From assembly GCA_036488085.1 (NCBI GenBank), contig DASXHZ010000058.1, positions 122-64,121 on the forward strand: a stretch of DNA of 64,000 bases, in the 5' to 3' direction. Source of the stretch: Thermoanaerobaculia bacterium (GTDB taxonomy: Bacteria; Acidobacteriota; Thermoanaerobaculia; Gp7-AA8). The notes under the pieces are model-generated. The model saw only the letters and a list, made by a program, of their open reading frames with translations, was not told where the DNA came from and did no database searches. Both the position numbers and the translations under genes were made by a program. This document shows, one piece after another, positions 26,873-35,680 of this stretch. The stretch's first letter is position 1; each line of letters opens with the position of its first letter.

Positions 26873-28455
26873 GGGGGAATGCAAAATTCAAAATTCAAAA
26901 TGCAAAATTGCGCGCCGCTCTTTTTGCATTTTGCATTTTGCATTTTGCATTCGCCGCCAAAGCGGCGAACGACCTCACCGTCGATCGCCACACCGTCCGC
27001 ATGGACGACAGCATCACGATCATCGTCACGCTCGAAGACGCCTTCGCGAACCTCGACAACGTGACCGTGCCGCTGCGGAACCTGCAGATGGACGGACCGC
27101 CGTCGGTCAGCAGCGAGTTCGCGTGGATCAACGGCACGACTACGCGGCGAAAGACCTTCCGCTACTCCGCGCATCCGCTCGCGCCGGGCGGCGCGCTCAT
27201 CGGACCGATCGTCGTCAACAACGGAGATGGCCAGCGCGACACGCTCGCCCCGGTGTCGATTCAGGTGCTTCCCGACGAAGCGGCGCAGAGCAACGATCCG
27301 CTGACGATCCTCCATGCGCTCGTGACGGCCAATCGCGAGCCGTTCTTCATCGTCACCGACGTTACCGTCGCCAACGACAGGCAGAGTTGCTACGCCGGCG
27401 AGGAGGTCATCGTCACCTGGTACCTCTACAACGGCGCGACCGTGCAGCGGTGGCAGATCGAGCGCATACCGAAACTGGAGGACTTCTGGACCGAGGAGAT
27501 CGACGTCCGCAACGAGCCGCCGCAGCAGGTGATCGTCGGGACGAGCGTGCTCGAAAAAGTTCCCATCCGCCGCGTCGCGTTGTTTCCGCTGCATAGCGGG
27601 ACGCTGCAACTCGGCTCGACCGTGGTCGAAGCGGAGATCATCCGCCGGCTCGATGACTCGCCGTTCGGCATCTTCGAGGGCTCGGTAGTCGACGTGCACA
27701 CGACCTCCGCGCCGGTTTCGCTCGATGTGAAGCGGCTGCCGCCCGAAGCAGCGAACGACATCGTCGGCGACGTCGACCTCGAATGCGGTGCGGCGACGCA
27801 GTCGAATGGCGGGCCGGTGACATTGACGGTCGGATTGAGCGGCCGCGCGAACCTGCGCGCTGCGCCCGCGCCGCGTTTCGACGGCAGAGTCGACGGCGAT
27901 GTGGAGGTGCAGCCACTCGCGGTCGAGGCAAACAAGACGCGCGACGGAGCGACCATGTCGCGGAAGTGGCGGTTCGTCATCTTTCCGGCGCGCAGCGGGA
28001 CGCTCTCGCTCCCTGCGATCGCTGCCGATACGTTCAACCCGGTGACTGCTCAGCGCGTTCATCTCCGCTGCGCGCAGACGACGCTGGCCGTGCAGCAGGT
28101 GACGCGAAAGCCGGCGGCCGGCACCCCGCGGCCGGAGGCGGTGCGGCGCGACTGGCGTCCCTGGGCCGGTGCGATCGCGCTCGTCGCGATCATCATCGCC
28201 ATCGTGGCGCCGCGCATTCGCCGCGCGGCGGACGCCCGTCGCGACGTACGTGAGGTCGTGAACGGCGGCCTGCACGCATTCCTCCTCCGAAAGAAGATCG
28301 ACGAGACGGCGCTGGCGAACGAGATCAGCGACCGCGGCGACGCTTACCGCGCCCTCGTCTCGCTCCTCGACGCCATCCAGCGCGAGCGGATCACGCCTGA
28401 GGAAGCCGACGTGGAGCAACGCGCGCGGGACCTCGTAGAATCCGTTATCCGTTAA
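26869..28455 (+). CDS. batD: BatD-like secreted/membrane protein
   Basis: GTG at 26869 overlaps the batC stop (GTGA). N-terminus VRGNAKFKIQNAKLRAALFAFCILHFAFAAKA. C-terminal TM WAGAIALVAIIIAIVAP. The upstream part of the 897-aa track ORF overlaps batB/batC and is not supported. Confidence 0.75.
   Translation: MRGNAKFKIQNAKLRAALFAFCILHFAFAAKAANDLTVDRHTVRMDDSITIIVTLEDAFANLDNVTVPLRNLQMDGPPSVSSEFAWINGTTTRRKTFRYSAHPLAPGGALIGPIVVNNGDGQRDTLAPVSIQVLPDEAAQSNDPLTILHALVTANREPFFIVTDVTVANDRQSCYAGEEVIVTWYLYNGATVQRWQIERIPKLEDFWTEEIDVRNEPPQQVIVGTSVLEKVPIRRVALFPLHSGTLQLGSTVVEAEIIRRLDDSPFGIFEGSVVDVHTTSAPVSLDVKRLPPEAANDIVGDVDLECGAATQSNGGPVTLTVGLSGRANLRAAPAPRFDGRVDGDVEVQPLAVEANKTRDGATMSRKWRFVIFPARSGTLSLPAIAADTFNPVTAQRVHLRCAQTTLAVQQVTRKPAAGTPRPEAVRRDWRPWAGAIALVAIIIAIVAPRIRRAADARRDVREVVNGGLHAFLLRKKIDETALANEISDRGDAYRALVSLLDAIQRERITPEEADVEQRARDLVESVIR
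26877..26952. repeat. AT-rich palindromic element (family 2), copy 2
   Basis: GAATGCAAAATTCAAAATTCAAAATGCAAAATTG ... TTTTTGCATTTTGCATTTTGCATTTTGCATTC. Confidence 0.9.
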
Positions 28456-28465
28456 CCGTTATCTC
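28441..28465. repeat. GTTATCC-type heptad repeat (family 1), short copy
   Basis: TCCGTTATCCGTTAACCGTTATCTCG spans the batD stop. Confidence 0.7.
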
Positions 28466-28480
28466 GATACGAGAGAGGAC

Positions 28481-28541
28481 GTTCACCACAGAGACACAGA
28501 GAGCACAGAGGTTCTCTTTGTCCTCTGTGTCTCCGTGGTGA
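28481..28541. repeat. CACAGAGA-type palindromic element (family 3), hairpin / terminator-like
   Basis: TTCACCACAGAGACACAGAGAGCACAGAGG ttctctttgt CCTCTGTGTCTCCGTGGTGAA, between batD and the GNAT gene. Confidence 0.8.
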
Positions 28542-28559
28542 ATCTAGGACCGATAAGCG

Positions 28560-29111
28560 ATGAACCGCCCCACCCTCCAAACCCCACGCCTCACGCTCCG
28601 TCCGATGACGCTCGCCGACGCGCCTGAGCTGCACCGGCTCGTCAACGACGTCGAGATCGCGCGGAACACGGCGACGATTCCGCATCCGTATCCGGAAGGG
28701 ATGGCCGAGGAGTGGATCGCGGGCCATCAGGAGAAGTTCGACAAGAACATCGAGGTCGTCTTCGGCATCGAGCGGCGCGAAGACGGCGCTTTCCTCGGCG
28801 TCATAGGCATCCTCCCCGAGCCGCACGACATGGCGGAGTTCGGCTACTGGATCGGGCAGGAGTACTGGAACCGCGGCTACGCCACCGAGGCTGCTGTCGC
28901 CGTGATCGACTACGGCTTTCGCATCCTCGGCGTGAACCGCGTCGAAGCGCTCCACTTCACGCGCAACCCCTCCTCGGGTCGCGTGATGGAGAAGTGCGGC
29001 ATGCACTGCGAGGGGACGCTGCGCCAGGCGCGGAAGAAGTGGGACGAGTACCTCGATGTGAAGGTCTACTCCATCATCCGCAGCGATTGGCAGGCTCAGC
29101 GCGCGACGTAA
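28560..29111 (+). CDS. GNAT-family N-acetyltransferase (RimJ/RimL-like)
   Basis: LQTPRLTLRPMTLADAPELHRLVND..., QEYWNRGYATEAAVAVIDYGF and ..NPSSGRVMEKCGM. Confidence 0.85.
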   Translation: MNRPTLQTPRLTLRPMTLADAPELHRLVNDVEIARNTATIPHPYPEGMAEEWIAGHQEKFDKNIEVVFGIERREDGAFLGVIGILPEPHDMAEFGYWIGQEYWNRGYATEAAVAVIDYGFRILGVNRVEALHFTRNPSSGRVMEKCGMHCEGTLRQARKKWDEYLDVKVYSIIRSDWQAQRAT

Positions 29112-29156
29112 CCGGCGCGACGAAAGGGGCCGTTCATTCGTACAATCGATGTACGG

Positions 29157-29888
29157 ATGCGCATCACCTTCGCTGTTTCGCTCCTCGTGTGCCTCGTCGC
29201 GGCGGCTCCCGCAACGAGTGCCACGAAGCGCGCCGTGCAGCAGCTTCCGACCGTGATTTTCTCCGGCGCGATCACCGACGCGACGACGGGCCACCCGGTC
29301 GTCGCGGCGGAAGTGCGCAACGGGACCGAGGTCGCTTTCACGGACGCGCAGGGGCTCTTCACGCTGCGCATACCAGCCGCCCGGCCGACCGTCATCGTCA
29401 TCCATCGCACCGGTTACGAGGACGTGTCGTTCGCGGTGCCGCCTCCCACCACTCCGGCTCCGGTGACGCCGGTGAGCGGTCCGTCGATCGCGATGCAGCC
29501 GCGACCGCCGGTGGTCGTCGAGCTCACATCCGGCCAAACCGTGCACCTCGATGCCGACAGCGTGCAGTTCGCGTATGTTCTTCCGTTCGAGACGCCGCAG
29601 TCGGCGAACAACGCCAGCTTTTGCAAGAGCGACGGGACGTCGTGGAGTCCCGATCGCGGCGACTTCGCACAGATCACCGGCCCGGCGACCTCGGTGACGA
29701 GCAGCGCCTGCTGCAAACTCGGCCCCATGCTGGCCATCGACGTGAAGATGAAGAACGGCGATACCGAGAAGGTGACGTTCGCCGATTCGTGCTTCGGTTA
29801 CGACATCGACTTCGTCGGACGCGACCACGAGAGCGGGCAGTACGTCTACTTCAACTTCAAAGACGTTGCGCTGATCACGTTCCCGTAG
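29157..29888 (+). CDS. Secreted protein with carboxypeptidase-regulatory-like domain
   Basis: Signal peptide MRITFAVSLLVCLVAAAPATSA. FSGAITDATTGHPVVAAEVRNGTEVAFTDAQGLFTLRI is typical of CarboxypepD_reg beta-sandwiches. Confidence 0.7.
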   Translation: MRITFAVSLLVCLVAAAPATSATKRAVQQLPTVIFSGAITDATTGHPVVAAEVRNGTEVAFTDAQGLFTLRIPAARPTVIVIHRTGYEDVSFAVPPPTTPAPVTPVSGPSIAMQPRPPVVVELTSGQTVHLDADSVQFAYVLPFETPQSANNASFCKSDGTSWSPDRGDFAQITGPATSVTSSACCKLGPMLAIDVKMKNGDTEKVTFADSCFGYDIDFVGRDHESGQYVYFNFKDVALITFP

Positions 29889-29897
29889 AATGCCCGC

Positions 29898-31271
29898 GTG
29901 GCCGCCGAGCCAGTCTTCACCCCGGGCGGCATCGACCGCATCTACGACGCACAGCAGGCGAATCGCGCGCTGGTCGCCGCGACGACGGCCGCGCAGCGCA
30001 TCGAGAAGCTGCGGCGCTTCGAGCGAGCCCTCTTCGCGCATCGCGACGAGATCCGCGCGGCGATGTGGAACGACTACCGGAAGCCGCCCGCCGAGGTCGA
30101 TCTGTCGGAGATCTATCCGGTGGTCGGCGAGATCCGTCACGCGCGTCGCCACCTGAAGCGGTGGATGGCGCCGCACCGCGTCGGCGCACCGCTCGCGCTC
30201 CTCGGCTCGCGCTCGCGCATCGTCTACCAGTCGAAAGGCGTGGTGCTGGTCATTTCCCCCTGGAACTTCCCGTTCAATCTCTCCCTCGGCCCGCTCGTCT
30301 CTGCGATCGCCGCGGGCAACTGCGTGATGCTCAAGCCGAGCGAAATGACGCCGAACTCCTCGGCGTGCATGAAGCGGATTCTCGGAGAGCTGTTCGACGA
30401 GAGCGAGGCCGCCGTCGTCGAAGGCGACGCGTCGGTCGCCGAGTCGCTGCTGCGCAAGAAGTTCGACCACATCTTCTTTACCGGAAGCCCGCGTGTCGGC
30501 CGCGTCGTCATGAAAATGGCGGCCGAGCATCTCACCTCGGTCACGTTGGAGCTCGGCGGCAAATCGCCCGTCATCGTCGACCGCAGCGCGAACCTTGACG
30601 AAGCGGCGCGGAAGATCGCGTGGGGAAAGTTCTTCAACTCCGGCCAGATCTGTATCGCGCCCGACTACCTGCTCGTCGATGAGAGCATCCGTGCTCCGTT
30701 CGCCGAGAAGTTGCGTGCTGCCATCGACGCGATGGGCGCCGACTCGCGCGGCATTCTCGTCAACGAGCAGCACGCCGCGCGCGTGCGGCAGCTCCTTGGT
30801 GAGAGCATTGGTGAGACCGGCCACGACCGCGACATGCCGCCGACGCTCGTGGAGAACGCGGCGCCTGATTCACCGCTCATGCAGCACGAGATCTTCGGCC
30901 CCGTCTTACCGATGGTGACCTACCGCTCGATCGACGACGCCCTCGGCATCATCGACGCGCGCGAGCACCCGCTCGTCCTCTACATCTTCAGCCGGAGCAA
31001 GGCCTTCGTCCGCGACGTCATCCACCGCACGCGCTCCGGCGGCGCCGTCGTGAATGACACTCTCATCCACTTCTACCAGCTCAACCTGCCGTTCGGCGGC
31101 ATCGGCGAGAGCGGCATCGGCAAATCGCACGGCTGGTTCGGCTTCGAAGCCTTCTCCAACGCCCGTGGCGTCCTCGAACAACCGACGCGATTCAGCACCA
31201 TCCAGTTGCTCTACCCGCCCTACACCAAGTTCAAGCAGAAGCTGATCGATCTCACGCTGCGGTACTTTTGA
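29898..31271 (+). CDS. Aldehyde dehydrogenase (ALDH3-like)
   Basis: GTG start. ISPWNFPF, ELGGKSP and the catalytic Cys block FFNSGQICIAPDY. Confidence 0.9.
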   Translation: MAAEPVFTPGGIDRIYDAQQANRALVAATTAAQRIEKLRRFERALFAHRDEIRAAMWNDYRKPPAEVDLSEIYPVVGEIRHARRHLKRWMAPHRVGAPLALLGSRSRIVYQSKGVVLVISPWNFPFNLSLGPLVSAIAAGNCVMLKPSEMTPNSSACMKRILGELFDESEAAVVEGDASVAESLLRKKFDHIFFTGSPRVGRVVMKMAAEHLTSVTLELGGKSPVIVDRSANLDEAARKIAWGKFFNSGQICIAPDYLLVDESIRAPFAEKLRAAIDAMGADSRGILVNEQHAARVRQLLGESIGETGHDRDMPPTLVENAAPDSPLMQHEIFGPVLPMVTYRSIDDALGIIDAREHPLVLYIFSRSKAFVRDVIHRTRSGGAVVNDTLIHFYQLNLPFGGIGESGIGKSHGWFGFEAFSNARGVLEQPTRFSTIQLLYPPYTKFKQKLIDLTLRYF

Positions 31272-31292
31272 CCCCTTACGCCTGACTCTACG

Positions 31293-31400
31293 TTAGTCGA
31301 GGTGCGGTTTCGATCCGCGGCTCGTGTGCCAGAGGGCGAGGACCTTCACGATCCCCTCTTCGATCCTGAACCTCACCGCGCACGCGGTCATTACTTTCAT
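31293..31400 (-). pseudogene. Possible C-terminal remnant of a RelE/ParE-type toxin
   Basis: MKVMTACAVRFRIEEGIVKVLALWHTSRGSKPHLD resembles the conserved C-terminal beta-strands (..Y.I.Y.IEdd.v.VL.v.H.sR) of ParE/RelE. There is no room for the N-terminal half before the tricorn gene starts at 31450 on the other strand. Confidence 0.3.
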
Positions 31401-31449
31401 ACAAACATCGTAACGCGCGTCCCCGTGCGGGTGTGGTACACACGCCCCC

Positions 31450-34400
31450 ATGAGAAAACTGCTCGTCCTTCTCGCGTCGCTCGCGCTTGCGGCGACAGCA
31501 TTCGCGCAACAACAGCTCACGCGGCTGCTCCGGCAGCCGTCGATCGGTAACGGGCGGATCATGTTCGTTTACGGCGGCGACCTCTGGGTCGTCGATGCGA
31601 ACGGCGGGGAGGCGCGGCGGCTCACGAGCGATCCCGGCTTGGAGCTCTTCCCGCACTTCTCGCCCGACGGCAAGCAGATCGCGTTCACCGGCGAGTACAG
31701 CGGGACCAAGCAGGTCTTCGTCATGGACGCCGACGGCGGCATCCCGAAGCAGTTGACCTTCTACAACGACGTCGGTCCGCTGCCGCCGCGCGGCGGAGTC
31801 GACAACCGCGTCCTCGGCTGGTCGCCGGATGGCAGAGAGATTCTCTTCAATCCGCACCGCGTCGCACAGTCCGACCGCATCCCGCGCCACTACGTCATCC
31901 CGGCGGCCGGAGGGATGGAGACGCCGCTCACGATGCCCGAGGGGAGCGGCGGGATGTTCTCGCCCGACGGGACGAAGATCGTCTACACGCCGATCGAGCG
32001 CGAGTTCCGCACGTGGAAGCGCTACCGCGGCGGCCGTGCGCAGGACATCTGGATTTACGACCTGAAGAACAACACGACCGAGCAGCTCACGTCGTCGCCT
32101 GCCACTGAGAACCAGCCGATGTGGATCGGCAATACCATCTACTTCACCTCCGACGCCGAGGGCGGAAAGCTGAACCTCTATAGCTACGACCTCGGCACGA
32201 AGGCGATCAGGAAGCTCACGAATCACACCGACTGGGACGTCCTCTGGCCGTCGAGCGACCGCAAACAGATCGTCTACGAGTGCGGCGGCTACATCTGGCG
32301 CTTCGATCCCGCGACCGGGAAAGAAGAGCGCGTGCCGATCCACGTCGTCGGCGATTTCGGTAACGTCGTCCCGCACTTCAAGAACGTGCGCGACAACATC
32401 GACTCCTACGAGCTCTCGCCGAGCGGTGCGCGTGCGCTGATCGAAGCGCGCGGCGACGTCTTCACCGTACCGGCGAAATACGGTGAGATCCGCAACGTCA
32501 CGCAGACGCCCGGCGTCCGCGAGCGCGCCCCGCAGTGGTCGCCAGACGGCAAATGGATCTCGTACCTCTCCGACAAGAACGGCGACGAGTACGAGATCTA
32601 CCTCCGGCCCGCCGAGGGTGACGGCGGTGAGCGGCAACTGACGAGGGGGTCGCATGTGTGGATGTTCGACCCCCTCTGGTCGCCCGACTCGAAGAAGATC
32701 GCGTACGCCGACAAGGACCACCTGCTCCACATCATCGACGTCGCGAGCGGCGCGGTGACCGATGTCGATCGCGACGAGTACGGCGACATCCGCCACTACC
32801 GCTGGTCGCCCGACTCGCGGTGGCTGGCGTACACGAAGCTCAACGCCGCACGCTTCGCGTCGATTTACGTCTATTCGCTCCCCGACGGCAAGCCGTATCG
32901 GCTCACCAGCGGGATGACCGACGACAACGAGCCGGTGTTCGATCCGAAGGGGCGATACCTCTACTTCACGTCGAACCGCGACTTCAATCTCACTTTCAGC
33001 GCGTGGGAGTTCAACTACGTCTACACCGACCCGACGCGCGTCTACGTCGGCATCCTCGCCGAGGACGGGCCGGCCTTGCTGTTGCCGCAAAGTGACGAAG
33101 AGAAGGTGTCGGCGGACAAGGACAAGCCGCCTGCCGGCAGCCCGCAGCCGGCGGAAGAGAAGAAACCTGCTGCCGCGATGGCCGGCCAGGAAGGGAAGCA
33201 CGACGCGAAGACCTCGGCGGCGAACGTCCGGATCGACGTCGCCGGCTTCGAGCGGCGCGTCCGCGCCATCCCCGGAGCTTCCGGGACGTACAACTCGCTC
33301 ATCCCGACCGCGAACGGAATCATCTACATCAGCAGCTCGCGCGGAAAGAACTCGCTCAAGCTCTACAACATCGACGACCGCAAAGAAGAGACGGTCGTCG
33401 AGCCGGTGAACGGCGTCGACGTCTCGTCGAACGGCGAGAAGCTGATCGTCCAGAGCGGAAACGACTACGCCATCATCGCGGCGAAGGCGGGCCAGAAGAT
33501 TTCCGACGGCACGCTCAACCTCGACCGGCTGGAGATGAAGGTCGACCCGCGCGCGGAGTGGTCGGAAGAATTCGTCGACGCTTGGCGCATTCTCCGCGAC
33601 TGGTTCTACGACCCGAACATGCACGGCGTCGACTGGAACGCCGTCCGCGCCCGCTACGGCGAGCTCACTCCGTACATCTCGCACCGCTACGACCTCGACT
33701 ACATCCTCGGCGAGATCCTCGGCGAGCTGAACTCCGGCCACTCGTACGACGAGTCGTCGAACGACTGGCAGGTGAAGCGCGTCGACAACGGCCTCCTCGG
33801 CGCCGAGATCGTCGCCGACGGCGGCGTGTTCCGCATCACGCACATCTTCCCCGGCGAGAACTGGCACGAGTCGTTCCGCTCGCCGCTCACCGAGCCGGGC
33901 GTGCACGCGAAGGAAGGGGAGTACATCCTCGCGGTCGACGGCACGCCGACGCGCGGCGTCGACAATTTCTACCGCCTCCTGGAGAACAAGGCGAACCGCG
34001 TCGTCACGCTGACGCTCAGCTCCTCGCCGACCGGCGGTGCGACGCATGAGGAGAGGGTGCGGCCGACCGCGAAGGAGACGAACCTTCGTTACCTCGACTG
34101 GGTGGCGCAGCGCCGCGCGATGGTCGACAAGTTGTCGGGCGGCCGCATCGGCTACATCCACCTCCCGGATACGGCGGGGGAGGGCAACCGCGAGCTGTTC
34201 AAGTACTTCTTCCCGCAGGTCGACAAGGACGCGCTGATCATCGACGACCGCTACAACGGCGGAGGCTTCATCCCCGACCGGATGATCGAGCTGCTCGATC
34301 GCCCGATCCTCAGCTACTGGGCGCGCCGCGGCGAGAAGCTCTCCCAGACGCCCGCGTACGCGAACGACGGCCCGAAGGTGATGCTGACCAATGCTTATGC

Positions 34401-34746
34401 CGGCTCCGGCGGCGACGCGCTGCCGTACTACTTCCGCGAACGGAAGATGGGGCTGATCATCGGGACGCGGACGTGGGGCGGCCTCATCGGCCTCTCCGGC
34501 AACCCCGGCCTGATGGACGGCGGCTCCGTCGAGGTCCCGCAGTTCCGCTTCCTCGATCCGACCGGCGTCTGGGCGGTCGAAGGTGCCGGCGTCTCCCCCG
34601 ACATCGAAGTCGTCGACCGCGCCGACCTCGTCGCCGCCGGCCACGACCCGTCGCTCGAGAAAGGCGTACAGGTGCTGATGGACGAGCTGGCGAAGAACCC
34701 GCCCAAGCACCTCACCACCGCCCCCGCGTTGCCCAAGGTGCCATAG
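31450..34746 (+). CDS. Tricorn-like protease (beta-propellers + PDZ + S41 peptidase)
   Basis: 1098 aa with a signal peptide. RIMFVYGGDLWVVDANGGEARRLTSDPGLELFPHFSPDGKQIAFTGEY and repeated SPDG(K/T) propeller motifs. C-terminal S41-like LTNAYAGSGGDALPYYF. Confidence 0.9.
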   Translation: MRKLLVLLASLALAATAFAQQQLTRLLRQPSIGNGRIMFVYGGDLWVVDANGGEARRLTSDPGLELFPHFSPDGKQIAFTGEYSGTKQVFVMDADGGIPKQLTFYNDVGPLPPRGGVDNRVLGWSPDGREILFNPHRVAQSDRIPRHYVIPAAGGMETPLTMPEGSGGMFSPDGTKIVYTPIEREFRTWKRYRGGRAQDIWIYDLKNNTTEQLTSSPATENQPMWIGNTIYFTSDAEGGKLNLYSYDLGTKAIRKLTNHTDWDVLWPSSDRKQIVYECGGYIWRFDPATGKEERVPIHVVGDFGNVVPHFKNVRDNIDSYELSPSGARALIEARGDVFTVPAKYGEIRNVTQTPGVRERAPQWSPDGKWISYLSDKNGDEYEIYLRPAEGDGGERQLTRGSHVWMFDPLWSPDSKKIAYADKDHLLHIIDVASGAVTDVDRDEYGDIRHYRWSPDSRWLAYTKLNAARFASIYVYSLPDGKPYRLTSGMTDDNEPVFDPKGRYLYFTSNRDFNLTFSAWEFNYVYTDPTRVYVGILAEDGPALLLPQSDEEKVSADKDKPPAGSPQPAEEKKPAAAMAGQEGKHDAKTSAANVRIDVAGFERRVRAIPGASGTYNSLIPTANGIIYISSSRGKNSLKLYNIDDRKEETVVEPVNGVDVSSNGEKLIVQSGNDYAIIAAKAGQKISDGTLNLDRLEMKVDPRAEWSEEFVDAWRILRDWFYDPNMHGVDWNAVRARYGELTPYISHRYDLDYILGEILGELNSGHSYDESSNDWQVKRVDNGLLGAEIVADGGVFRITHIFPGENWHESFRSPLTEPGVHAKEGEYILAVDGTPTRGVDNFYRLLENKANRVVTLTLSSSPTGGATHEERVRPTAKETNLRYLDWVAQRRAMVDKLSGGRIGYIHLPDTAGEGNRELFKYFFPQVDKDALIIDDRYNGGGFIPDRMIELLDRPILSYWARRGEKLSQTPAYANDGPKVMLTNAYAGSGGDALPYYFRERKMGLIIGTRTWGGLIGLSGNPGLMDGGSVEVPQFRFLDPTGVWAVEGAGVSPDIEVVDRADLVAAGHDPSLEKGVQVLMDELAKNPPKHLTTAPALPKVP

Positions 34747-34760
34747 GTTTTCCGAAAAAT

Positions 34761-34788
34761 GAGCGGGCGCGCTTGCGCGCGCCCGCTC
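34761..34788. terminator. Bidirectional intrinsic-terminator-like hairpin
   Basis: GAGCGGGCGCGC ttgc GCGCGCCCGCTC between the convergent tricorn (ends 34746) and 180-aa (ends 34807) genes. An A-run precedes it. Confidence 0.6.
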
Positions 34789-34806
34789 CACTCCCTCCCA
34801 ATCACA

Positions 34807-35349
34807 TTACTGCGTGCTGTCGACGTGCGGCGTGCTCGGCGCCGGCGTCGAAGGAGACGGCTGACCCGGAGTCGCGGGCGCCGCCTTCTTGCGGCGCGCG
34901 ATCCGCTTCAACCGTTTGATCTCCGCAACGTGCGGCACGAGCACCTCGTTCTCCGGATCGTTCGCGAGCTGTGTTCCGATCACGTACGCCTTTGCGCCGA
35001 GCTGCGCGAGTTTCCGGCGGCGAAGGGCGTTCGCCCCCGCGATACCGGCGAGAAAGTTGTGGACCTCTCCCTCGGCTGCCTCCCAGAGGATCGCTTCCTG
35101 CTGCAGCATGCGCACGGTGTCGATCGGCTGCCCGAGTGCCGCTGAAACATTCTGGGATACCGCGATGACGTTGAGCGACGCCTGGGCGATCGCGCCCGAA
35201 TTCGCCGCGCTCACGCGCAGGGCTTTGCGCTCTTTGCTCGTCAGCGCCGAAACTGCCGGAAGCTGCGAGCGCAGAGTACGGACCTGCTCGATGATCGCGT
35301 CGGCCGTGACCGTGGTGGTGTTGGGGCTATTCGTGTTGATGATTGCCAT
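34807..35349 (-). CDS. Hypothetical protein with basic/Pro-rich C-terminal tail
   Basis: 180 aa. ATG at 35349 lies 4 nt after CAGGAGGAAAT (strong RBS). The body is Ala/Leu-rich and helical, the tail is KRLKRIARRKKAAPATPGQPSPSTPAPSTP. No family recognised. Confidence 0.7.
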   Translation of the reverse strand: MAIINTNSPNTTTVTADAIIEQVRTLRSQLPAVSALTSKERKALRVSAANSGAIAQASLNVIAVSQNVSAALGQPIDTVRMLQQEAILWEAAEGEVHNFLAGIAGANALRRRKLAQLGAKAYVIGTQLANDPENEVLVPHVAEIKRLKRIARRKKAAPATPGQPSPSTPAPSTPHVDSTQ

Positions 35350-35359
35350 ATTTCCTCCT

Positions 35360-35575
35360 GTTCTCTGCCCTCATGGTTGAGGCCGGAGGACCAACAACGA
35401 CCCATGCACAGGTGCGAGGCGGCCCACCGGCTGGAAGTTTCGGCCACGCGCCGACACCTCCGGTTGGTGTTAGTCCCGAGATGTACACCTCGGGCGTCTC
35501 GCGGCAGGAGGAGCTAAGCTCTGACCCCCGCACCGGTACGAACTACGGATATCCTATTCAGGACCCTCGTACCGC
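35360..35575 (-). other. Candidate structured 5-prime leader or small RNA upstream of the 180-aa gene
   Basis: About 215 nt non-coding with several local helices on the minus strand: GGTACGA..TCGTACC, CCCGAG gtgtacat CTCGGG, ACACC aaccgga GGTGT, GGCCG..CGGCC. It does not match any RNA family I can recall. Confidence 0.2.
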
Positions 35576-35680
35576 CGTTAGCCGCTGAAATCCGAAGATT
35601 TCCCGGAAAGTATCGGTTCCTCGCGAGCGCTTGTCAAGGGGGATCTTGCGAACCCGCCTGGATTCCTGTGGCGCCTCGCG

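Noticed and set aside
28452-30824. 790-aa minus-strand ORF
   Set aside because: It is antisense to three well-supported plus-strand genes (GNAT, CarboxypepD_reg-like protein, ALDH). Its composition is Arg/Asp/Ala-rich with no motifs.
31288-34791. 1167-aa ORF on the minus strand, the longest in the track
   Set aside because: It is exactly antisense to the tricorn-like protease gene, which has clear family motifs. Its own translation is Arg/Ala/Val/Asp-rich low-complexity sequence typical of antisense frames in high-GC DNA. There is no RBS or recognisable domain.
35360-35575. Leader region considered as a known housekeeping RNA (RNase P, SRP, tmRNA, 6S) or cobalamin riboswitch
   Set aside because: None of the conserved cores I can recall is present. 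These include the GGAA-tetraloop SRP domain IV, the RNase P GAGGAAAGUCC, the tmRNA tag/acceptor and the B12 box. It is kept only as an unclassified candidate.
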